From Guillardia theta CCMP2712 (lineage: Eukaryota > Protista > Cryptophyta): a stretch of DNA of 64,000 nucleotides. The notes beneath the pieces are model-generated. The model did no database searches. It was not told the origin of the DNA and was given only the letters and a program-made list of their open reading frames with translations. The position numbers were made by a program, and so were the translations under genes. The DNA lies in NCBI RefSeq assembly GCF_000315625.1, contig NW_005434644.1, positions 440,973-504,972 of the forward strand. Direction: 5' to 3'. Shown here piece by piece: positions 36,378-49,600 of this stretch (the first letter of the stretch is position 1; each line of letters opens with the position of its first letter).

Positions 36378-38500
36378 TCACTCCCCCATGATGTTCCTGA
36401 ACGAGATATACCGCGCGTGCCCTCTCTCGCTCCTCAACAGGTAGAAGCTTCTCAGCACCATCTGCAGCTCGCAGATGTGCCAGTCCGTGTCCTCTCTCCT
36501 GGTCTCCTCCGAGGCTATCCTCAGATTCAGGGCGACATGCCTGTATCCTCCGCTCCTCACCGAGTCTGCCGTGGGGTCCAGGTTGTTCTTGATCCTCTCC
36601 ACCACCACGTCCGGGTCCTGCAGGATCGCCCGCAAACACTTCGTGAGGTCGGAGACCGAGTCGAAGATGATGCACTGCCTGCAGACGTCCAGCAGGCAGG
36701 AAACGTCTCCCCCGTAGCACCTCATCACCTTCTCCACACATCGCTGGATCGACTTCACGTGCGCCCACACGTAGTCGTTCACACCACTCCCTTCCACGTA
36801 CGGGCCGATGTCGTCGTCATCCTCGGGAAACCACGAGCTGGCCGCGGCCTTGTGCCGTAGCAGCCCCTTGCTCGACGACACCCAGCCCAGCGTCTTTCTC
36901 CTCAGATGGGTGTCGAGCTTCATCGCCTGCTCATACAGGTATGTGAGGCTTGTGACAGGCCGTCCTCGCTTGTCCAGTTGCCTCCACTCCGGGCTTCGCG
37001 ATCTCTTCATCAAGAGATTCCCCAGTTGCCAGAACATGGGCAGCTCAGCATCTGCTTCTACCGCCGGAACATGCTTGCTTGCGAAAGGAGCCGCTATTTG
37101 CTTCAGCTCAATGAAGGAGTCCTTCCCTGACTCCTTGATAGTTTTGGACCAGATCAGATCGTACTTGTTCTTGTCGAGCTCGATGACACGGTGAGCCGAC
37201 CTGGTTGTCAGCAGCCGGAACGTTTTCACCACGATAGCGAAGAAGAGCATCGGCAACCCAAGGTAGAAGCAGACGGAGGAGAAGCTATACGGCCCGAAGG
37301 TGACGAACGGGTACATGGCAAGGCCTGTCAGCAGCACATGGATGCCTCCCCATGCAATGCTGTTGCTCAGCTCGTCCGTCCAGATGAAGTAGAAGTGCAC
37401 GACGTCGATGAAGGCCAGCGCAAGAGCCCGGGCACGCGAATAGCTGCCTTCGTGTGAGACGGCCAAGGTTGCCTCCAAGATGTGGATGAGGAAAGAGACC
37501 GGGTGCATGATCCGAATAAGCTTCTGGCCGACAAACTTCTTGTCGATGACACCGCAGAGCCCGGCCCCAAAGAGGATGAACCCGCAGAAGACCTTGGCGA
37601 ACTGGTCGAAGTAGTAGCCGGCGTCCGGCTGGAAGACTTGGAAGACCTCGACCTCCCCTCGTCCTGTTGTGGTCTTGTAGATTCCGTCCAAAAAGATGAC
37701 AAATCCTGCAAGGATGGGTGAGATGACCGACTACAGCGCTCTACAGCGCTCCAGGCTCGTGCTTCACCTGAGCAGCTCAGATAGGAGGACGACCCTGCCT
37801 GGTGCCATTGGCCGTCATGCCAGAACCAGAACTGCCAGCAGAGTCAGTCAGAAGAGACGCAGAAAAGAGTGAAGAAGGGAGGGGGGGACCTGGAATCGGA
37901 CTGGATCGTGATCTGCACTTTCGTTCCATGCAGTGCGGAAAAACCACGCATCCCATCTAACTTCGTGGCTGAGAGAGATTGTGTACTCGCTCCTTTCAAT
38001 CGTTTGGCTCTTCACATCAGCTCCCTGCTGCTCGATGCCTGCCAGACCATGCAAGACGCCCAGTTGCGATATACTGACCGCAGCGGGTCTTGCCAAGGGG
38101 TTGCGCTTGCTGAGTTCGACTAGTTTAAACCTCGCAGACATGGGAGGTTGCCGAGTGGACCAGCAGACGATGAAGTCCTCGAATATGGCATAGAAGCCGA
38201 TCAGCATGAGGAATAGCTGCATGCTCCTCAGCGTAAGGGCAGAGGCGATTGGGTTGGAGCAGCAGAAGACACTCCCGAAGGGGACGTGCCGCATCGCCGT
38301 CTTGAGGTACTCATCTGGCGTGATTGTGTTCCTGCGCCTGCCACGGTCCTTCTCAACGCAATTGTGCATGAATTTGCGCGTGAACGTCAAGTCAGTGATG
38401 AACCTCAAGATACCGACGCAAGAAGTGACAGACTGGATCTGTGCCATTTTCCTGTTCATCTGGAGACCGAGGTACCCTTCGAGAATTCCCAGGAATCTGT
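36378..38500 (-). CDS. Multi-pass membrane protein with one C-terminal RelA/SpoT-like nucleotidyltransferase domain (single-module paralog)
   Basis: ORFs 37848..38459 and 36378..37691 joined through a small exon at ~37770-37833. Several hydrophobic helices. C-terminus VKSIQRCVEK..LLDVCRQCI..RIKNNL..GGYRH..CELQ..GHARY. Start codon uncertain. Confidence 0.8.
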
Positions 38501-39354
38501 TTTGACGTATCCGTTCATGTGCTCAGTAGCTGAAGCATTCTCGGAACATCCTCCTTATCTCCTTCAAGTTTGCATCTCCGAGCGCAAACTTTGTTGAGCA
38601 AACCAGCGAGACAGCCCTGGACGCTCCCTCCCTTCTGTTCTTTGTGCACCTCACAGTCCCTCTTGTTCTCCTCAACGGTCCCTCCTGCCTCCTGCCTGCG
38701 ATATCTCCCTTACTCCCCTCCACTTGCTCCAGTCGCCCCTCCACTACAAGCTTTCGTTGAGCCTGCAAAAAATTCGAGCACCCTCCTCAAGAATACAGGA
38801 GGGGTCCTTTTAAAGGAAATCGAGGGGGTGTGTCTCGGAGATGGGTCTAGGGTCCGTGCAAGGATTTCTTTGAAAAAGTGCACACGGGTGGGTGGGGTGG
38901 TCCCATGGAGTAGAGCAGGTAGGGGTATACGGAACGGTTCTCGACTTGAACCGGTGTAACGTGCACAAGGTGCCTGAGAGAGGGGTGGTACGGAGAGGGT
39001 ACCCACTCATAGAGGACAGTTTTCATTATAAAATGGGGGGTACGAAAGCCGATTGATGTGGTAGGGGTAAATGAGTATTTTCTGAGGGCGGGTTCAGCAG
39101 CTGGTACTGCTGGGGGTGGGGATGGGGGGCGGGGTTGCACAGTATTATTTATTATACGAATTCGGAATCGTGTTCTAATAGTATTTTTAAAGTAAGACAA
39201 GTGACTCGAAAAAATTGATTTTGACTGAAATATCTATTTCTGCCAAAACCTAAAACCTTTTTTGGAGCTGAAACGACGTCTCTCTCTTCGGTCGGATGGG
39301 CAAAATACAAGTTTTCAAGGATCACAGATGCCCCTTCGTTTTGAACAGTCATGA

Positions 39355-40030
39355 TCAATGCGAGGCCCGGGTCCCCACGGCACCGGGCCCGCCGCACTGC
39401 TGACCGGCGGACTCCCGGAGTCCGAGCAAGCCTGGGCCCAGGGCCGGGCCCAGCGGGCCCCCGGCCGCCGCCGGCCCTGGCCGCCCGGGCCGGGCCCGGC
39501 GCACCGTGGCACCGTGCGGCCACGGCGGGCCCGTTCAAGCCGGGGCCCCGCCGGTCGGCTCGGACTCGGAGTCGGCCGGGGCCGGCCGCCCCGTGACGGT
39601 GCCCGGCCGCCACCGTGCCACCCGGTCCGTCATCTGCGCCCGGCCGGGCTCCTGGAATACTGACGGTCATGGCTCGGCCTCCGACCGGAGCGGCTCGGAA
39701 CGTCCGGCCGCCGGGCGGCACGGAGGGGCCCGCCGGTCCGGATCATCCGATGGCCGTCCGGGGGCCGCCGGCCGGCTGCGGCTGCCGGCGGGGGCGGCGG
39801 TGGCCGGGTCATACCGTACTACAGTAGGCTGCCACTGAGTCACGGCCCGGTCGGTCTGAGCCGGGAGTCAGCCTCGGACCGCCGGTACCGCCCGGTGACA
39901 CTGAGTGACTCAGGCTGGCCCGGCGGGCCGCGCCCCCGGCACTGCGTGGCCCCCGCCGGGCGGCCCGGCCCGCCGCGCCGCCGGGCCCCGGCCGTCCGAT
40001 TTCCGAAGCGGCTGAGTTGATCGGCCCGGG
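39355..40030. repeat. GC-rich low-complexity dispersed repeat
   Basis: Dense CCGG/GGCC content with ACTGAGT/TGACTC words, same style as 13.1-13.5 kb and 43.0-43.5 kb. Confidence 0.55.
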
Positions 40031-40135
40031 TGACAGGCTCGAGTGATGTCTCAGAGCCTGTCTGCACTGTCACACTGATGATCATTTTTGCGGCACCACC
40101 GACGGTACCGGCGTCGTTGGCGGCATATCATAACA

Positions 40136-40164
40136 AGATCATCATCATCATCATCATCATCATT

Positions 40165-40240
<76 letters not shown>

Positions 40241-40270
40241 GCTTCGTCGTCGCCGGCTTCGTCGTCGTCT
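40136..40270. repeat. (ATC)n(GTC)n microsatellite
   Basis: Directly visible. Confidence 0.95.
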
Positions 40271-41831
40271 TCACCTTCTGGTTGTTTCTCCGTGGCAGGC
40301 AGTACGAGTTCTGAACCAGCCGAAGTTGTGCGGGAGTCCGTCTGGCATCCGACGAGTGCCAACTTGGCAAGACTGTGAGACTGCTGCAGTGCCAACTTGT
40401 TGGCTGCAGCGTCGCACTGGCCGCCCGAGTACTTCCGTACGGTACGCAGTGAGGACCGTACTTGAATCATCATTGCATTCAGTGGCATTCGGACCGTCAT
40501 CGCTATCGGTCGGACTGCACATCGCCTCCGATAAGCCTGAGAAATGGATTGTTCCTGGTTGCCGAATCCATACAGCGCCAGCGGCATCATCAATGATGAC
40601 AGTGACAGGCTGCCCCGGTGCATAAGTTTGCCTAAAAAGGCGGTCAAAGCATTGCTGCAGGGCAATACTACAAAAAAATCTGTGTTTTTGCATTATTTGT
40701 GATTTACTGATCTGTTGTACATTCCTAGACAAAAGCTCAGGTTTCTACCTCCTCTTGCTCTACACAAAGATGTGCTGCCCCTGCCAAGACTGCATCCTGT
40801 TCTCAGCTTCTTCATATCCCGGCTTGCCCTTGATCGCCACCTTGGAAGACGCACGGCGCTCATTGCACAAGCATCTCTGGCTTTCGAGCGTCCTCCACGG
40901 AGCCTTTTCTCGATGGTGTCGTCCCCTGAATCCCTGCTCGCATAGGACTGATCTCGGTTTGCTCTAGGATTCGTTCCTTCTTCAGCCTGGTGTGGACGGT
41001 TGGCTTCCACTGCTGTGGGCTCTAACGCCTCCGAGGCTTGAAGGGAGGAGAGAATCTGAAGCGAGAAGTCGCACATGAGATTTGCACTGTTGGTGACTGG
41101 GCTTACGCATGCCGAGGTGCCCCATAGCTCGATGAAGGCGCTGATGTCTGTTGGCATTACGAAGGCGCTGATGTCTGTTGGCATTACGATGTCGCTGCTC
41201 GTCACTGGTGGCATGGATTTGTTTGTGGTGCGAAACACAGGTGAAACTCCGTTTGTAAGCGCTGACCCAACATGATTTCGGGGACCGTGGCAATGCCATG
41301 AACATCTCGACTCAAAATCCTCCTACCGGTCAATAATCCTGGGAGTTTGACGCAACCGGTGGGGTACTTATTCCTCTGATCTCGAGATTCTGACGTGTGA
41401 GATCGAAGGGGTGTGGTTTTGAAGGTCAACGAGTAAAAAGCTCTTAGGGGAGGTTCTGTGGCTCCCTTACCTGTGGAGATGCGAGGGGCTAGAGCTGGTC
41501 TCATAGTCTCATTAGCCCGTCAGCAAGGCCACGGCTACAGCAAAGAGAGCTCAACAGAGTTCTCCGCCCCCCTACCGACGTCTTTATAAACCCCATCCTC
41601 TTTCCCTCACCTCCAACTCACTACGTAGCCCAGCTCACTCTTCTACTGTCTTGTGCAACCTACAGAGCTCCTGCAGCTCCTTTTCGTGCCCATCCACTCT
41701 CTTCCCGGCCTTGTGCTTCTTGTTTTTTCCTTTCTCGCCTCCATGACTTCTTCTTGCTACCTTCCATCCGCATGCGACGCCACCAACCTCGAGACATCAA
41801 CACGGAACCCCTCAGGGCCCTCTCGCGCTAA

Positions 41832-42676
41832 GCAGCTCGCCTGCCTGCAGGCTTCCATCCGCCTCATCCAGTCTGGCAAGGAAGTAATGGGCGCGACGGG
41901 AGAAATGATCCAGATGAGATCGGCTGCCGTCAGCAGGAGGATAGAGGACATTGAATCAGAGGAGATGAAGGTGTAGGCTGGGGACACGAGGCAGATGGAG
42001 AAAGCACCATCCTTCTGAATGGGAATGTATGTAGAATTAGACTATACATGTATGTAGATTTTGAATAAACCTCCAGGCTTTCGAAAACGAACAAGCACAA
42101 CATTTGGAGGGAAATGCTGATGAAACAGTCTAAGTGCAGAGGGCTTTGTGGAGTAGAGCAGTGAAAACATGCTTGTGTGTGATCAACGTGTTGTGGTTGT
42201 TCAGGAACTTCTCAGCCTCCAGGTGTAACACTTGGAGGATTGGGCTCACCAGACGTGAGTGTCAAAGACTGCAAACCCGCAGAGAGAGATACATGTTCGG
42301 TGTCAAAGAAAGGTTGTGATACTTTACTATTATCATCGCATGACTCAGTGACACTCGTGGCGTCACTCATCGCGAACTTGGCGCAAGTTGTTCTATGAAG
42401 TATGTAGGATCGCAAAATTGGGCAGCTATCAACATACATTTATGTACATGTTTGACAATACTCTACATACATCATCCCTGGCAACGACGGCAGGCAACCT
42501 CGGAGATCTCCAACTGCCTCGTGTCCCCAGCCTACACCTTCATCTCCTCTGATTCAATGTCCTCTATCCTCCTGCTGACGGCAGCCGATCTCATCTGGAT
42601 CATTTCTCCCGTCGCGCCCATTACTTCCTTGCCAGACTGGATGAGGCGGATGGAAGCCTGCAGGCAGGCGAGCTGC
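41832..42676. repeat. ~170-bp inverted repeat (41832-42001 / 42507-42676) with ~500-bp spacer
   Basis: Both arms encode QLACLQASIRLIQSGKEVMGATGEMIQMRSAAVSRRIEDIESEEMKV* on opposite strands. Confidence 0.9.
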
Positions 42677-42959
42677 AGGAGAATCGAATCAGGGGTAGAA
42701 GATCAGTCAAAAACTCTAGGGAAGAGACCGTGCTATGTCAGGAAGGATCAGGTACCAGTATCGTCCCAGAGGTACGATCCTTGAACCGTTGAACTGAGCG
42801 AAGGGGGCAAGATGGATCCTGATCCGATATCCTGTCAAGCCGTGCTGCTGACTGAAGGTACCGTGATTAGGCTGAAATCCCGGGTCCGGGATCCACCAGA
42901 GTTGACTAGTTTACTCAAGTTGACATGTCTTCACTGATCTAAGTTTACTACATAGCCTT

Positions 42960-43560
42960 TTGCAGTCTCACCGACTGTCACTGACCGGGGCGCCGCCGCC
43001 GCGCCTAACTGTGGCCAGCCGGGCGGCTAAACCAGCGGCGGTCCCGGCCGTGACTCGCCGCTGAGTGCCAGTCCGACTTCTTTGACTTCCGAGTTTACTT
43101 TGACATTACTTTTAGTAACTTATAGTGGCTGTTCCCGGGCCGCGCCGGGACCGGGGCCGGGCTCCCGGCCGCGCCGGGCGGCCCCCGGCCGAGACGGTGA
43201 GTCCGGTCCGGTCCGATCAGTGCCCGGCGGCCACAGGGCCGGGGCGGGACGCCCGCCCCGGCGGACTTCCGAAGCCTTGACGTCCGATCCGCCAGGCTCC
43301 GCCCGCGATCGGACGCGGCTAGATTGAGACTAGCACGACGGACGGTGGGCCGCACTGCCAGATTAGAACAACTGTTTAGTTTGTAAGAAGCCGCAGGGAA
43401 ATTCGGCGGCACTGCCGCAGCTTCGCACCTTCAAGTTAGCGAGGCTCATGAAACTAAGTTAGGCTTAGCCGGGCGGTCGCCGTACCGTCACCGCACCGCC
43501 GTAGCTCAGTACGGATGCCCGCGATCCCACGGCGAGCTCAGTGCGGCAGCAGTCTCACTT
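42960..43560. repeat. GC-rich dispersed repeat
   Basis: Same compositional signature as the other GC-rich islands. Confidence 0.5.
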
Positions 43561-43807
43561 AGTTCATTCCGTGTTAACATTTAGTTCGGCAAGAAGTGCC
43601 GGAACGAGCTGGACAGTAGGATGGACCATGGAACCATCGGAAGGTAATCGGACATGGACGGCGATCATCGGATGATTCGACGACCGTGTGAGCAGCACAG
43701 CAGATGCTGAGGCAGCCTAAGATTGAGCACTGAGACCAGCAGCGGCAGCGCAGAGTCACGGTCAGCAACCGAAGTCTAGCGCGAGCTTCGCCTCTCTCCT
43801 CCCGGCG

Positions 43808-45409
43808 TCAGTTCTGTTTGCTGGCTTGCATGAAGGCATTCATATCTGCACATCCCATCGTATGAGCCACTTGCCGACAAAGTAGACATCGCATCCAACA
43901 AAGTAGACATCGCATCCAACAAAGTAGACATCGCAGCCAACCTGAGCAGATCGTGTCTCGCTTCGAAAGGGCTTCAGGGAGCCACTCTCTCAGTTGCTCC
44001 GCTCGATTCTCGTGGGAGGGGTGGGTGTTCAGGAAAGAGATCTACAGGAAGCAGTCACGGCCTTGCCCAGCTGGCGGACTAGTCACGGCGCCAGCAGCCT
44101 AACCACCTCTGTATCCTCCAGGGCTCCTCACCTCCTTTAGGCCACGGGCGTTCGCCATCCTCCCAAACTGCTCGAAGACTCGAGGAGCAACCGACGGGTC
44201 GTAGAAGCAGGTCTTGGCCAGGATCTGCAGCCCCAGGTAGTCGGCTTCCCGCTCCAACTTCCTGCACCACCAGCTCACGCACACAGCAAGATGCGCTCGG
44301 GAGTCTGCCTGGAGTAGGGCAGCTCAGCTCCGAGGACAAACACCCAGTTTGTGATGAAGCGCGCATTGAACAGCATGCTTGAGAAGAAATCGAGCCACAT
44401 GAGGCTGCGAACACAGCTCACGCGATGAAGCAGAGGGAGAGGGGGGGAGGTAAAGAGAGACCCAGAGTGAGTGAGAGTGAGAGAGGTAGAAAGAGGTAGA
44501 GGTAGAGGGAGAGGGGGGGAGAGAGGGAGGGAGAGATAGGGCAGGGAGTGAGGGGGGGAGGGAGGCAGAGAGGAAATGCTTGCAGGCAAGAAACCCCTGC
44601 ACTACTGACATGTTTGCAAACGCCAGCTTTTCTGCTGCGTGCCTGATCAAGCACAACGTGTGAGTCCTGGAAGTGACAAACCCCAACTGTACCTCGCCAG
44701 GACGTGTCCAGCTTCATGCGCTAAGACAGCAGCAAGCGCGTGCTCATCATAGTTGAAGGTTTGGAGAAGACCTTCGAAGACAACCACCTTCCCTCCTGGA
44801 AGGCAAGCAGCGTTGACCTGAGGGCTTCGGATCACCTTGAACTCCCATGGCAGGTTGGGGTCCGTCGCCTGCGCTACTCTCGTCCCCACTCTTGTCACCA
44901 GCTGCGCGGCAGGGTCATTGGGAGGCAGCACCGATCCGTGCATGAGGAGACGATGAAATTGACTCCTGCCAAAGGCGATCTCTCTGTCTCTGGACATGTC
45001 TATCATCCTCCACCTGCTTTCGTCTCATTGTTCGCTAGATCGGAACAACTTTTGGTCACCTGCCGGTGTAAGGAGCCTGATCAAGGTGCACAACGTAGTA
45101 GACAACGAAGGATGCAGGAACAAGTGCGATCCATGCCGATGCCCGGAAGTTGCTTGTGTTGCTGCTTCCTGCATCCTCGCCCCTCTTGAAGTGCTTGTAA
45201 CCATCGCCTTGCGGTCTCCCTGTGAACATGGAACGTGCACCCTTGTAAACCTGCCTTACTTCGATGATCCGCATGTCTCGGAGACGAGGACCAGCGCGGT
45301 AGAGAGCAGGCATGGCGGCTCCAACCTTCGCTTGCACCAGCCATGACGCCCGTCGCCCCAGGGCGGCAGCGACACCATGTCCCATGGTGAACATTTCGAA
45401 AAAACCCAC
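43808..45409 (-). CDS. OMA1: M48 family zinc metallopeptidase (Oma1-like), multi-exon
   Basis: APYTGR, VNAACLPGGKVVVFEGLL, LAAVLAHEAGHVLARH, LPYSR, EREADYLGL, FLNTHPSHENR. Confidence 0.88.
43877..43941. repeat. 21-bp tandem repeat x3 (AACAAAGTAGACATCGCATCC) in the last Oma1 intron
   Basis: Directly visible. Confidence 0.9.
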
Positions 45410-45645
45410 AAAAACCTTGAGCGTCAGGAGCCCGCCTCAGTGGTATAGGGTTGAAAGGGATGGGCCGCATATTCCCCGCTCCTTCCTCCCCGCGTATCGC
45501 ATGAGGGACCGACCTGGCGGAGACGCTGCTTGAGCGCTTCGACCTCCCTCCTGCCTCGGACTCGAGGTAGGAGTATCCTTGCCTGCCTCCCGAGTCACGC
45601 AGGAGCCTGCCTGTCTTCGGCTGATAGCTCCTGACCCACGGCACT

Positions 45646-46119
45646 ATGCCAGAATCGAGTCCTTCGGAAGTCCTCGTCGCTCAAGAGGAGTTGGCCGTGC
45701 ACATCTGTGAGGCACAGGAAAAGGTGCAGAAAGACATCATCGCAAAGATGATCTTCGATCCCAGCCCTGCACCCAGACTCCGCTTGGCAGCGGGTGGTGA
45801 AGGAGCACCGGCGTCTCCAGCGATCGAAGAGCCATTTGCGCGGGTCTCGGAATCGGCGGAGAAGCGCAATCCTCCAGGTGAAAACCAGGGCGTGCGCAGG
45901 AGAGTTGGTATTGGGTGCAACCAACGGCAGGGGCTGAAGGTTGACTCGGACCCTTTGATCTACAGTCCAGTGTCAGGGTGGGAGCAGAACGGGCGAGAAG
46001 ACGAGGAGACCAACTGCTTCATCCCCTGGATTGATCTATTTCTTCCTGCATCTAGTCCATATGGATTAGACAGAAACCCGCTGGACCAAGTGAAGCCTCT
46101 CCGGGAGTGGAATTTTTGA
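45646..46119 (+). CDS. Hypothetical protein (157 aa)
   Basis: ATG-initiated ORF with host-like codons, divergent from Oma1. Confidence 0.4.
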   Translation: MPESSPSEVLVAQEELAVHICEAQEKVQKDIIAKMIFDPSPAPRLRLAAGGEGAPASPAIEEPFARVSESAEKRNPPGENQGVRRRVGIGCNQRQGLKVDSDPLIYSPVSGWEQNGREDEETNCFIPWIDLFLPASSPYGLDRNPLDQVKPLREWNF

Positions 46120-46659
46120 ATGTGTGTTACAACATGTGATTTGGGCAGAGGTGGTTGACTTGTGAAAATGATACACGATCTTTCGTTGTACATGCGGTTT
46201 CTTGAGATTCGTGATGAATAGAATTCCTTCTTACACTGTGAGATGGTTTTTCTTTCTTCCAAGGCGTCTCTGTTCATCTTTGCACGTTCTGAATCATTGC
46301 ATTGACAAAGCTCGTTCACTCTCAGTGTCTCGTGGTCGAGCTAGGTTGAACCAGCAGGAAATCCAGGTCGGAAGGCTCTACCCGTCCGCATCCACCTTGA
46401 TGCAGCAGGGCGTTCGGAGAAGTTAGAAGTGGATGATCAATCAGGCAGGGGAGGAGAAAAATTGAACTTAACGGCTGGCAAGTGCTGTCCTCACTTTCTG
46501 AGAGCATTCTTCGCGCGATATCTTTGACCCGTGTTCCAGTCTTACAACACTTGAGGGAGGTTGACACCAGGCTCCAAATCAACTCGCGAATAAAATCGAG
46601 TCGAGTCCAAAATTGTTTTGAATAAACCTCTGAAGCAATAAACTCCATCCTCGCAAAAC

Positions 46660-49600
46660 TCACTCACATCTCAGGTTCCTATACGCTACATACCTCTTGT
46701 GCCCCTCCGTCGTCCTTAGATCCATAAACCCCTTCACCAGAAGCTGCAGCTCGCACACATGCCCCGCTACCCCCAGCTCCCTCGTCCTCTCCGTCACCAC
46801 CCGTAGGTTCACCGCCACGTCTCGGTACCCCCCCGTCGTCCGCGCGTCGAAGCTCGGGTCCAGCCTGTTCTTGATCCTCATCACCACGATCTCGGGGTCT
46901 CCCAGGATCCGCTCCAGACACTCGCACAGGTCCTCGAGCTGCTCGAAGACGATGCACTGCCGCACCACGTCCAGCAGCCTCGACACGTCGTTGTTGTAGG
47001 ATCGCACGAGCTTCTCCACCGCCCGGTCCACGCTCTTCATCGGCGCCCATCGGATCCGCTGCTGAAGCTCCTCGTCCTCCTTTGCCTCCCTCCACCCGAT
47101 ACACTCCACCAACCCTTCGCTACCTGAAGGCAGAGCCGGGAACAAGCCCCTCGACTCCTCCGCAAGCTCTTGTACCTTCTTCCGGAAGATCGGGTCGGCA
47201 AACACCGCCTGCGCGTACAGCTGGTCTAGCGACACCACCCGCGGGTCCTTGCTCAGCGGCCACACGCTCTTGCTCGGCACACGCAGGGAGAAGGAGCCGC
47301 CCTGGCTCTTCCTCAGCATCCACTCCAGCGGGCTCGACGACTCCTCTAGCGGGCTGTCGGGGTCATGCACGCGGCTCTGAGCCAGCCTGGTCGGGACTTG
47401 GACCTGCGAGACCAGCTGGCCGATGCGCTCCAGGGTCAGGCGACTGGTTTGAGAGGAAGAGAGAGACTCCCAGAGGTCGTTGTACTTGAGAAGCTCCGAC
47501 TTGACGTTCTTGAAGGCTCTGTGCAGGTGGAGTTTTCTGCCTATAGTGAAGTACAACCACATCGCTATCAGGGGGAAGTTGCTCCATCCAAGATTCGATA
47601 TGTCCGGAACACGCTTGTATCCATGGGTGACGAGGCTTGAAACCCCGACCGAGGTGAAGATGCTGTAGAACGGCAGGACTGTCATCATGTACTGCTCTCG
47701 AAACTCGATGACCATCCCGAAAGAAAGGTCCCCAATGCCCCATATCAAGCCGCTCCCCGTAGTCTCGTTGCCTACCGCGAAGAAGAAGATTTCAAACACT
47801 CCGACCACGTGAAACAAGGACGCGAACATCGTCTTCGGTACCCGTCGATACCCTAGCCTTGCCGTCACTACCGCCAAGATACATACAAGAGGCTGAATTA
47901 TCGAGATCAAAATCGCAAGGATGCGAAACACTAGATATTGTACGTTGAAGTACATCCGTGCCCCCCTGTACGCCTCGCCTTCCTTGCACACTCCCATCCC
48001 CGGCCTCTCTCTGCACGAGAAGCTCGTCCAGTCCTTCCACGCCTTCCCCGACACACTCTCTACTTCCTCCCCGCTCCCCACCGGCCGCTCCAGTATCGAG
48101 AGGTTGAAGGCGATCGGGTCGTAGCCCGCCAGCTGCTTGTCAGGGTTGAGGCTGAAGTGCCAGCCGTTGGCCTCCGCCGGCGGAGCGAAGAAGAAGTAGA
48201 GCGTGTTGTTCACCGTCTTGGTGGACGCCGGGGATCGCTGGTTGCAGCTGTCAAGCATGAGAGAGAAGTTGGAGACGGAGGCGCTGGGAATGGAGGCGCG
48301 AGGAGCTTGATCGCGGTATTCTTGTATGTGCAATCTTGCGACGTAAACTGAAGTAGCTTTGTTCTCGAGGAATCCACTGACATTGAGGGATGCGACGTAC
48401 ATGTAAGTGAGAAAGCCCGCGACGGCAAGAAGAACGACCTGCGTTGTCACCTTTTGTAACGTATTTTTGACAGGGTTGGAGGAGAAGATGACGCTCGAGG
48501 TCATGGTATTCTGTATCCCAGTAACGATGTTTCGTAGCTTCTCGTCCATGATACCCCCCGGGTACTTGCCCTTGTACTTCATGAAAGAGCTCTGTGGACA
48601 ATCATCACACTGCTCAAATGTCTGCATCCTTCCCTGTGCTCGGCTCAACCCTTCTTGGGTCGATTCAATTGACTCCGAAACTTGGCTCATGCTGACTTGG
48701 ATGGAAACGTTTTCAACCTTGGAGCAAACCTTTTCTTTGCTCCACCATGCCCTCTCGTACCTCAGTACCTGCTTCACCCCTCGGTACCGCAGCCGCCGCT
48801 CCCGTGTCGATAGCACATGCATCCCCATCACCCCCAGCCGCAGCTCGCACACATGCCCCGCTACCCCCAGCTCCCTCGTCCTCTCCGTCACCACCCGTAG
48901 GTTCACCGCCACGTCTCGGTACCCCCCCGTCGTCCGCGCGTCGAAGCTCGGGTCCAGCCTGTTCTTGATCCTCATCACCACGATCTCGGGGTCTCCCAGG
49001 ATCCGCTCCAGACACTCGCACAGGTCCTCGAGCCGCTCGAAGACGATGCACTGCCGCACCACGTCCAGCAGCCTCGACGTCTGCCCATCGCACAGGCGGA
49101 GGATCTTGTCGATGGCGCGGTCGACGTTCTTGATTCTAGGCCATTCCACGTGTCTCATCAAGATCACGTCCCCCCGGATGTCCTCCAGCCGCACGTACTC
49201 TCTCTTGTCATCCGCGCTCAGCCGTAGCGGGATCATCCCCTTGGCCTCCGCCGCAAGCCCCAGCGCCTTCTCCCTGAAGATGGGCTCTATCAGCACCGCG
49301 TGCGCGTACAGCTGGTCCAGGCTGTTGACCGGCCCCGCGGCCGATCGCTGCTCTACGACAAACGTCCCCTTTTGTACCGTCTCTGTGAGGCTTCGACCAC
49401 TCCCGTAGAGCGTGTGCAGCTGCCTCAGGCTCGACCTCGCCTCAGCGTCTTCTGCCGTCTCGTCGTCTGCCCTCGCCACGCGCTCGGCCATCGTACTTGT
49501 ATACTCCCTCACTTGCTTCGACAGGTGCTGGATCGCCTCCTTGCTCCTGTCTGCCAGCCCTTCCCACTCCCTACAAAACGCCGCCCGATCCCCCGCGATC

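Noticed and set aside
40051-41504. Poly-Asp ORF and ORFs with a 30-bp MPTDISAF duplication
   Set aside because: Microsatellite-driven or lacking recognisable motifs; no supportable gene model
43877-43941. Mini CRISPR-like repeat
   Set aside because: Head-to-tail 21-mers with no spacers, inside an intron
48407-49408. 333-aa plus-strand ORF and similar antisense ORFs
   Set aside because: Antisense shadow of GC3-rich coding sequence
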